Shown here piece by piece: positions 28,013 through 35,194 of a DNA stretch of 64,000 nt. The position numbers and the translations under genes were made by a program. The stretch's first letter is position 1; every line of letters starts with the position of its first letter. The notes below the pieces were generated by a model. The model was given only the letters and a program-made list of their open reading frames with translations, did no database searches and was not told the origin of the DNA. This DNA comes from Clostridia bacterium. GTDB lineage: Bacteria; Bacillota; Sulfobacillia; SLMV01. Where the stretch lies: contig SLMV01000029.1 of the NCBI GenBank assembly GCA_007133365.1, forward strand, positions 276-64,275, read 5' to 3'.

Positions 28013-29075
28013 GAATTCGCTGTATTTGTCCGATGGCCTCAATTCGCGCTCTTGCGATTCGCTCGGCCGCCACATGGGTCGGAATGTCCTCTTTTTCGCT
28101 CGTTTCAAAGATGCGATGTAGCTGCCCACCGATTCCAGCTATCTTCTTATACGCGAGTTCCTTCGAGTAGCCGCCCGGATGAAACTCGTGGTAGACGTTT
28201 GTCACGCCCCCGCCATTGATGACAAAGTCCGTTGCATAAAGAATGCCCTTTTGCCTCAGCGCATCCCCGTGATGTCTTTCTTCCAGTTGATTGTTGGCCG
28301 CTCCGGCAACCACACGGCAGTTTAGTTGAGGCAAGGTCGTGTCGTTGATGACAGCACCGAGGGCACATGGAGAGTAGACATCGCAGGCGACGCCATAGAT
28401 GTCATCCGGATCGGCGACTTCGGCACCGAAATCACGGACCACTCGCTCAACCTTATCCTCATAAATATCCGAGACAATTAGCTCCGCACCGGCATCATGA
28501 AGGTAGTCGCAAAGCACATACCCGACACTTCCAACGCCTTGAATCGCCACCTTCGTGCCGGTCAGGTCAGACGAGCCATCAAGGTGTTCGATGGCGGCCT
28601 GAATCCCAACAAAAACGCCGTAAGCCGTGGCCGGTGAGGGATCACCCGATTTATGCATCAGACCGCCGGCAAACTCGGTCTCCTCCGCGACAATGGCCAA
28701 ATCTTCGGGACTCGTTCCGACATCCTCTGCCGTAATATAGCGGCCCCCCAGAGAATCGACAAAGCGGCCGTACGCACGCCACAGTTCCTCCGATTTGTCT
28801 TTGCGTGAATCCGCGATGATTACGCCTTTTCCGCCGCCAAGATTTAACCCCATCGCCGCACTCTTGTAGGTCATGCCTTGAGAAAGACGCAAGGCATCCA
28901 CAATGGCTTCTTCCTCGGTGTCGTAATTCCACATGCGCGTACCGCCCAGCGCCGGTCCCAACGTGGTATCGTGAATTGCGATGATGGCTTTGAGGCCGGA
29001 CACTTTATCATAGCAAAAGGCAATCTGCTCATGCCCCATATCGCTCATTAGCTCAAAAACTTCCATTAACGCCAC
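28005..29075 (-). CDS. Leu/Val/Phe-type amino-acid dehydrogenase (Glu/Leu/Phe/Val DH family), paralog 1
   Basis: 356 aa. Catalytic GGGKGVI motif. NAD GxGxxG (GVGSVG). N-terminal HEQIAFCYD typical of LeuDH/PheDH. The size matches LeuDH rather than GluDH. Confidence 0.8.
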   Translation of the reverse strand: MALMEVFELMSDMGHEQIAFCYDKVSGLKAIIAIHDTTLGPALGGTRMWNYDTEEEAIVDALRLSQGMTYKSAAMGLNLGGGKGVIIADSRKDKSEELWRAYGRFVDSLGGRYITAEDVGTSPEDLAIVAEETEFAGGLMHKSGDPSPATAYGVFVGIQAAIEHLDGSSDLTGTKVAIQGVGSVGYVLCDYLHDAGAELIVSDIYEDKVERVVRDFGAEVADPDDIYGVACDVYSPCALGAVINDTTLPQLNCRVVAGAANNQLEERHHGDALRQKGILYATDFVINGGGVTNVYHEFHPGGYSKELAYKKIAGIGGQLHRIFETSEKEDIPTHVAAERIARARIEAIGQIQRIRV

Positions 29076-29081
29076 TCCTCT

Positions 29082-30233
29082 CTAGGATTTTTCCGGGAGA
29101 TAAATCCGACTAATCCTACCCAATTTTTGAATGCGATCGGCCACAATGCGATCCGCGGCCTCAAACGGCGGGATATTCTCCTTCTCCGCCACTTCAAAGC
29201 AACCGAGCAATAGATCGTACAGATCCCCTGTTTTTTTCATCGCCCGATCCCAGTTAAATCCTTCAAGTTCATCCGCCACTTGGATCAAACCGCCGGCATT
29301 GACGATATAATCCGGTGCAAACAAAATGCCCTTTTCGTCCAGTTTCCGCCCAATGTCAGGATGCGATAATTGATTGTTCGCTGCACCCGCAATCACCCGA
29401 CACTTGAGGCGTTCGATACTATCCTCGTTGAGGACGCCTCCCATAGCGCAAGGGGCGAAAACATCACAATCAACATCGTAAATGGCATCCGGGGTCACGG
29501 CTTCAACTGGAAAACGCTGTTTGGTCTCTTGCACCACATTTTCATCAATATCCGTGACGATGACTTTGCAGCCGGCATCAATCAGATGCTCCACCAATCG
29601 TATCCCGACTTTGCCGACCCCCTGCACAGCGACGGTCTTATCCGCCAAGTTATCGGAACCAAACACCTGTCGAACGCCGGCCCGAATACCCTGGAGTACC
29701 CCGAAGGCCGTCGTCACGGAGGTGTTGCCACTTCCTCCGGCATATTCCGGGAGACCAACCAACCAATCGGTTTCCTGTCCAACGGTAACGAAGTCATCGA
29801 AGCTGGTCCCCATATCGGTACCGGTGATGACTCGACCCTTAAGGCCCTCAATGAAACGGCCAAACGCCCGAAGATAGGCCTCCGTTTTATCCGTCTCAGG
29901 ATCGCCCCATAACAGCGTCTTTCCGCCCCCGTGATTGCAGCGCGTGATCGCCGATTTTGCCGTCATCCCAAAGGACAAGCGCAGCACATCATCGATCGCT
30001 TCTTCTTCGGTTTCGTAAGGCCACATGCGACATCCCCCCAGGGCCGACCCCAAGGTGGAATCATGTATGGCCACCAATGCTTTGAGATTCGAATTCTCAT
30101 CGTAGGAAAGAATCAACTGCTCATGACCTTCCGCCGCCATCTTTTCAAAAATGCCCAAGGACAACTCTCCTTTCCCCAAGTCATTGTGTGTGGAATCCGG
30201 AAGTTTTGTTGATTTTCGCAATGTAGAACCCAA
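29082..30233 (-). CDS. Leu/Val/Phe-type amino-acid dehydrogenase, divergent paralog 2
   Basis: Roughly half its residues are identical to paralog 1 by eye. GGGK catalytic motif within an unusual NHGGGKTLLWGDP context. GVGKVG NAD motif. The likely true start is near 30160 (a TTG aligning with the paralog-1 N-terminus). Confidence 0.7.
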   Translation of the reverse strand: MGSTLRKSTKLPDSTHNDLGKGELSLGIFEKMAAEGHEQLILSYDENSNLKALVAIHDSTLGSALGGCRMWPYETEEEAIDDVLRLSFGMTAKSAITRCNHGGGKTLLWGDPETDKTEAYLRAFGRFIEGLKGRVITGTDMGTSFDDFVTVGQETDWLVGLPEYAGGSGNTSVTTAFGVLQGIRAGVRQVFGSDNLADKTVAVQGVGKVGIRLVEHLIDAGCKVIVTDIDENVVQETKQRFPVEAVTPDAIYDVDCDVFAPCAMGGVLNEDSIERLKCRVIAGAANNQLSHPDIGRKLDEKGILFAPDYIVNAGGLIQVADELEGFNWDRAMKKTGDLYDLLLGCFEVAEKENIPPFEAADRIVADRIQKLGRISRIYLPEKS

Positions 30234-30519
30234 AAAAATGGTTCGCTAGGAATATGCTGGATCACCTCAGGCCAAGGTTTCCTTAAATTCCAACCAGCGA
30301 ACCGCAAAAGACGTTCCAAATTCCTTGCGAATTCCTCACCAATCGTCAACTTCTTGCCATCGTCCGTTTCAGTAAAATACGGCCACGTTTCATCTGACAC
30401 CATCAATTCTACCTTATTGTTATTTTCGTCACGAGACCGCGCAATTCCTTCCCGATCGGACCAAACCCCCACCCCTCAATGTCATCGCTTGATTTAACAC
30501 GACCAACGTCAGAAGGATT

Positions 30520-31311
30520 CTATCGAGGCTTTCCAAATTGCATCCGGACCCGTTCGGCAACCAAAGCGATGAATTCCGAGTTCGTCGGTTTTCCTCGGGA
30601 TGACTTGGTAGAGTAACCAAAATATTCGGAAATGGCTTCCGGCCCCTCACGGGTAAAGGCAACGTTGATGGCGTGTCGGATGGCACGCTCAACCCGACTG
30701 GGGGTGCTGCCGTGATCCTCGGCCACCTTGGGGTAAAGCTTTGTGGTGATTCCATCAAGGAGGTTCGGATCATCGAGGGCGTGTAAGATGGCCGTTCGCA
30801 GATAGCGATAACCCTTTATATTGGCCGGGATCCCCAACATCTGGATGGTTTGGGTAATGGGTTTCGTCGGGTGATCCGCTGACGTCACCTCGACCTGCGC
30901 GCTCGCTTCGATTGACGGCTCTTTCGACCATTCGGGCCCAATGATCTCCCGAAGACGACGGCCAAACAATTCGAGGTCGAAAGGCTTTAACAGGAAGTAA
31001 TCAGCGCCTAGTTGGCTCGCCTTTTGGGTGATGTGCTCCTGACCAAACGCGGTGAGCACAAGACAGCGTGGTTTCTTATCGGCATCAATTGTCTGCAATC
31101 GCTCCAAAACCCCGATCCCATCGAGTCGCGGCATCACAACATCTAACACGAGCACATCGGGAACACACTTTTCGAGGGTGCAGAGCAGCTCGAGGCCGTC
31201 GTGCGCCACATCGACCAAATGTAAATCCGGTTGCTCCTCAATGTATTGTCCCAAGGTGCAACACAAATCAACATTATCGTCGGCAACCAAGATGGTAATG
31301 GGTCTTGTCAC
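30520..31311 (-). CDS. spo0A: stage 0 sporulation protein A (master sporulation response regulator)
   Basis: Receiver domain with the phospho-accepting Asp context (VLDVVMPRLDG). A Spo0A-specific C-terminal DNA-binding domain with GIPANIKGYRYLRTAILHALDDPNLLDGITTKLYPKVAEDHGSTPSRVERAIRHAI. Confidence 0.9.
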   Translation of the reverse strand: MTRPITILVADDNVDLCCTLGQYIEEQPDLHLVDVAHDGLELLCTLEKCVPDVLVLDVVMPRLDGIGVLERLQTIDADKKPRCLVLTAFGQEHITQKASQLGADYFLLKPFDLELFGRRLREIIGPEWSKEPSIEASAQVEVTSADHPTKPITQTIQMLGIPANIKGYRYLRTAILHALDDPNLLDGITTKLYPKVAEDHGSTPSRVERAIRHAINVAFTREGPEAISEYFGYSTKSSRGKPTNSEFIALVAERVRMQFGKPR

Positions 31312-31643
31312 CGCGCGCTCCCTCCTTCGCTCACAAATGGGATCAAGCCGGCCATTTTGACGGCCCTTTCATGGTTTTTATCCGAGTAAAGTAAGATCTT
31401 CGTCAGGGCCCCCAATTCTCCTGCCACCACGAACATTTGAGACCAAATCGAACCAAAATTAACGTCCTTTTACGTTTCCCTAAAGCGGGCCAGTGCAATA
31501 GAACTTGCAGGTGCTTTGACCATTCAATATGATTAAATTAAATCGTTTTGGGAAGATTTGATTAAAGGTGTATATCATGGCCAAATTTCTATCGAAGGAG
31601 TGTGAAAAGTCCTTAGGGCATCACGTTCGCCCGGGATTAAACT

Positions 31644-33056
31644 TTGACCGTACGCGTAAGATTTGCTCCAAGCCCTACCGGTTACATGCATGTCGGAAAC
31701 GCCCGAACAGCCTTGTTCAATTGGTTGTTCGCCCGCAAGCAAGACGGAACCTTTATTCTTCGGATTGAGGACACCGATCAACAGCGACATATCGAGGCCT
31801 CGTTGAAAGTTATCACCGACGGACTCCAGTGGCTCGGCCTTGATTGGGATGAGGGACCGGAGGTGGAAGGCGATTATGGTCCCTATTTTCAAAGTCAACG
31901 TACAGAGCATTATTTTACCCATGCTCAATGCCTAATCACCGAAGGAAAAGCGTATCCGTGCACTTGCGAGATCGCCCCACAAACCGAAGCACCGGCCCCA
32001 TGCGAATGCCGCAACCAACCCAGGGATGAATCCTTTGCACTCGAATCGGGCATGGCCGTCCGGATTATTAACGACAAACGCCGCGAGCACTTCGACGATA
32101 TCGTGCAAGGGTCGCTTTCCTTCGATACTGAGCAGTTTGGTGACTTCATTTTGGTCAAATCCGACGGGACCCCCACCTATAATTTCGCCAACGTGGTGGA
32201 TGATCACATGATGGGAGTGACCCATGTGATCCGGGGCGATGATCACGTGTCAAATACCCCGCGGCAATTGATGCTTTATCGCGCCTTTGAATACGAGCCT
32301 CCAAGTTTCGCGCACCTCCCTCAAATCCTCGGCCCTGACGGAGCCCGCCTGAGCAAACGACACGGTGCTGCGGCCCTCACCGATTATCGCGAAATGGGTT
32401 TTCTCCCCGAGGCGCTGGTCAACTACCTCGCCCTTTTGGGTTGGGCGCCGGAAGGCGAGCAAGAATTTCTACCTCTCGATGAATTGGTCAAGCAGTTTGA
32501 ACTTGAAAACGTGCGGAAAAGTGCCGGTCGCTTTGACTTTGACAAACTCATCCACCTCAACTCGATGTATATGCAGCAGCTCCCGGTATCCGAACGGGCC
32601 GATTTGGCCAAACGTGCTTTGGTGCGAGGCGGTGTAATAACGGAAAACGAAGCGGCCAATCCAAAGACCCAGGAACAAATCACGGCCGTCACGGAAGCGT
32701 TGGGGAATCGTTTCCGTTATGGTGAGCAGTTTTTCGAATTTGGGGGCCATTTCTTTAAAACGCACATCGAGATTCCTGACGAACTTAAGGACCATTTTGA
32801 GTCAGAAGATGTTCGGTCTGCCTTATATGAGGCGGCAAAACGATTTGAACAACTTTCGAAGTGGAACGAATCGAACATCGAACAGGTGATCCGATCATCC
32901 GCCAAAGACCAAGGTCTTAAAGCCGCTCCGGTAATCCACGCCATTCGCGTCGCACTATCGGGAGATACCGTTGGCCCCAGCCTTTTCCAACTGGTCTTGC
33001 TAGTGGGCCAAGAACGCACCGTGCAACGCATCAAACGCGCGCTCAACCGCGACTGA
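31644..33056 (+). CDS. gltX: glutamate--tRNA ligase
   Basis: Class-I HIGH motif (PSPTGYMHVGNARTA), KMSKS-like LSKR, and a Zn-binding CxC...CxC. TTG start at 31644-31646 with GGGA upstream. Confidence 0.9.
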   Translation: MTVRVRFAPSPTGYMHVGNARTALFNWLFARKQDGTFILRIEDTDQQRHIEASLKVITDGLQWLGLDWDEGPEVEGDYGPYFQSQRTEHYFTHAQCLITEGKAYPCTCEIAPQTEAPAPCECRNQPRDESFALESGMAVRIINDKRREHFDDIVQGSLSFDTEQFGDFILVKSDGTPTYNFANVVDDHMMGVTHVIRGDDHVSNTPRQLMLYRAFEYEPPSFAHLPQILGPDGARLSKRHGAAALTDYREMGFLPEALVNYLALLGWAPEGEQEFLPLDELVKQFELENVRKSAGRFDFDKLIHLNSMYMQQLPVSERADLAKRALVRGGVITENEAANPKTQEQITAVTEALGNRFRYGEQFFEFGGHFFKTHIEIPDELKDHFESEDVRSALYEAAKRFEQLSKWNESNIEQVIRSSAKDQGLKAAPVIHAIRVALSGDTVGPSLFQLVLLVGQERTVQRIKRALNRD

Positions 33057-33060
33057 TAGC

Positions 33061-33099
33061 GTCGTCGGTTGGCCCTCACGCGGGGGCCGACCGACGATA
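33061..33099 (+). other. GC-rich stem-loop immediately after the gltX stop (possible terminator or attenuator lacking a U-tract)
   Basis: CGTCGTCGGTTGGCCC-tcacgcg-GGGGCCGACCGACGA (~15-bp stem with one G-U). No following T-run. Confidence 0.3.
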
Positions 33100-33197
33100 C
33101 CGTACGTACCTTCCTAGTCATTGGGACCGCCTTAATTTTTTAGAATCCGCCGTCATGAGGCATAGCCTAGAAGGTTATAAAGGAGAGAACACCACCG

Positions 33198-33389
33198 ATG
33201 ACCCTTTCCCCTCGTTCAAAACTCCATCAATTGAAAAATCATCTCGCCACCATACGCGCCTCAGCGCAGTTCGCCTTAATGGTAGATCGCGAGCCATCTT
33301 CCCGCGTTCACCATGCATTGGAAACGATTATTCGAGAAACAGACTGTCTAAATTCCCTGTTGGAAAACTGGCTTAAAGAAGAGCGGTAA
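33198..33389 (+). CDS. small helical protein, candidate Spo0E-like aspartyl-phosphate phosphatase
   Basis: 63 aa. Excellent AAAGGAGAG Shine-Dalgarno 9 nt before the ATG. Two predicted helices. The second helix has IRETDCLNSLL, reminiscent of the Spo0E SQELDCLI motif with the E-x-D-C-L core retained. Confidence 0.3.
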   Translation: MTLSPRSKLHQLKNHLATIRASAQFALMVDREPSSRVHHALETIIRETDCLNSLLENWLKEER

Positions 33390-33523
33390 TTTACCTTCAC
33401 TCGGTTCAGCACTCACGTCACCAATCGCGGCCCCAGCGTTTTGGCATCCAACAGAAAAGACGAGTCCCAACCCTCATCGCCATCGCGATTCGGGTGAACC
33501 CGCCCTCTGCTTAACCGCTAGTG

Positions 33524-33595
33524 TGACCCCACCGGGGATTGAACCCGGGTCTCCAGCTTGAAAGGCTGGTGTCTTGACCACTTGACCATGGGGCC
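33524..33595 (-). tRNA. tRNA-Glu (anticodon UUC); CCA not encoded
   Basis: Minus-strand sequence GGCCCCATGGTCAAGTGGTCAAGACACCAGCCTTTCAAGCTGGAGACCCGGGTTCAATCCCCGGTGGGGTCA folds as a cloverleaf with anticodon loop CUUUCAA. It closely resembles Bacillus tRNA-Glu. Confidence 0.8.
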
Positions 33596-33603
33596 ATATT
33601 GTG

Positions 33604-33676
33604 TGGGCCCAGTTGGATTTGAACCAACGACCTTGGGTTTATGAGACCCCTGCTCTGACCACTGAGCTATGGGCCC
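33604..33676 (-). tRNA. tRNA with CAU anticodon (elongator tRNA-Met or lysidine-modified tRNA-Ile2); CCA not encoded
   Basis: GGGCCCATAGCTCAGTGGTCAGAGCAGGGGTCTCATAAACCCAAGGTCGTTGGTTCAAATCCAACTGGGCCCA. There is a G1-C72 pair, so it is not an initiator. Confidence 0.75.
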
Positions 33677-33706
33677 GAAGAGGTCAGAATGCATCGCCCA
33701 AAGATT

Positions 33707-33781
33707 TGGCTCCACGGGTAGGACTCGAACCTACAACCCTCCGGTTAACAGCCGGACGCTCTGCCATTGAGCTACCGTGGA
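33707..33781 (-). tRNA. tRNA-Asn (anticodon GUU); CCA encoded
   Basis: TCCACGGTAGCTCAATGGCAGAGCGTCCGGCTGTTAACCGGAGGGTTGTAGGTTCGAGTCCTACCCGTGGAGCCA. Near-identical architecture to Bacillus tRNA-Asn (U1-A72, discriminator G, CCA). Confidence 0.8.
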
Positions 33782-33817
33782 GCATCGACAACACCACGTG
33801 TTCTGCAAGCAAAATAC

Positions 33818-33846
33818 ATTATAATTACCGGTGTAAAATCCGTCAA
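33818..33846 (-). promoter_or_regulatory. strong sigma-A-type promoter for the tRNA Asn-Met-Glu operon (TTGACG-17-TATAAT)
   Basis: On the minus strand, TTGACG (plus 33841-33846), a 17-nt spacer, and a consensus TATAAT (plus 33818-33823). It lies ~35 nt upstream of the tRNA-Asn 5' end. Confidence 0.5.
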
Positions 33847-34039
33847 GCTTCGCTGCTTTCCTGGGCCCGATCGATCGACTCAAATGGCACCGACTTCGCC
33901 CATTAATAAATAAGGATCCTTCAGCAACCTGCTCAAACCTAGAGAAAACAACTGGATTGGACCATGTCTCCAAACGACCGCGCCCAATCCTGTTGGCATT
34001 TTCCTTTTCTTCAAGTCTAGATCCACCAAAACCCGGGAT

Positions 34040-35179
34040 CTATTCAACATAGTCCTTTAAGGACGTGCTTCGCTTGGGGTGGCGAAGTTTGCGGAGCGCC
34101 TTGGCTTCGATTTGACGAATCCGTTCTCGTGTCACCCCGAAAACCTGCCCCACTTCTTCGAGGGTTCGCGCACGTCCATCGTCCAGCCCGAATCGAAGAC
34201 GAAGCACTTTTTCCTCCCGATCCGTCAGAGTGTGTAGCACCTCTTCCAGCTGATCCTTTAAGAGTGAAAAGGATGCTGCATCCGAGGGCTCTTGCGCCTC
34301 TTCGTCGGGAATGAAGTCCCCCAGATGACTGTCCTCCTCTTCGCCAATTGGCGTTTCTAAAGAGACGGGTTCTTGCGAAATCTTCATGATCTCTCGGACG
34401 CGACTCGGTTCCATATTCATTTCCTCGCCGATCTCTTCCGGCGTCGGTTCCCGGCCCAACTCCTGTAACAGTTGGCGAGACACTCGAATCAGCTTGTTGA
34501 TGGTCTCCACCATATGAACCGGAATACGAATGGTTCGCGCCTGATCCGCAATGGCACGGGTAATGGCCTGCCGAATCCACCAGGTCGCATACGTACTGAA
34601 TTTATACCCTTTGCGGTAATCGAACTTCTCGACCGCTTTCATTAAGCCTAAATTGCCCTCCTGAATTAGATCCAAGAAGAGCATACCCCGTCCAACATAG
34701 CGCTTAGCAATGCTGACGACCAGACGGAGATTCGCCTCCACCAGCTTCTTTCTGGCCTCATCGTCACCGGCTTCGATGCGTTTAGCCAGTTCGATTTCTT
34801 CCTCCGCTTTGAGAAGATCAACTCGGCCGATTTCCTTAAGATACATCCGAACCGGATCATCGAGCGAAATCCCTTCCGGAAGGTCGATATCTCCCCGAGT
34901 TTTCTCATCCGAAGTATCCGGATCGCCCTCAATATGAATGTTTTCATCGCGCAGTTTCTGGTAAATTTCTTCAATTTCACTGACATCAAGGTCGACTTCT
35001 TCCAGCGCGTCCATCACATCTTGATAGGCAAGGGTGCCACGTTCCTTACCTTCTTCGAGAAGTTCCTGAACCTCCGGAAGCTTTAAATGATCTTTTTGAC
35101 CTTGTGCCACGTCCTTTGTGGTCAAGGGTTTCTCTCCATTCTCCGGTTGATTGGATTCTGAAATCATCAAGAAAATCAC
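34040..35179 (-). CDS. sigA: primary RNA polymerase sigma factor
   Basis: Regions 1.2-4.2, including [54 protein letters not shown]. Lies directly downstream of dnaG. Confidence 0.9.
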   Translation of the reverse strand: MIFLMISESNQPENGEKPLTTKDVAQGQKDHLKLPEVQELLEEGKERGTLAYQDVMDALEEVDLDVSEIEEIYQKLRDENIHIEGDPDTSDEKTRGDIDLPEGISLDDPVRMYLKEIGRVDLLKAEEEIELAKRIEAGDDEARKKLVEANLRLVVSIAKRYVGRGMLFLDLIQEGNLGLMKAVEKFDYRKGYKFSTYATWWIRQAITRAIADQARTIRIPVHMVETINKLIRVSRQLLQELGREPTPEEIGEEMNMEPSRVREIMKISQEPVSLETPIGEEEDSHLGDFIPDEEAQEPSDAASFSLLKDQLEEVLHTLTDREEKVLRLRFGLDDGRARTLEEVGQVFGVTRERIRQIEAKALRKLRHPKRSTSLKDYVE

Positions 35180-35194
35180 TCCCGGTGCCCGCTA

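Noticed and set aside
31560-31643. Possible T-box or leader peptide in front of gltX
   Set aside because: Only ~80 nt lie between the AT-rich promoter-like segment and the gltX TTG start. No T-box consensus is present. The AAGGAG at ~31594 is followed by an ORF of only a few codons in frame.
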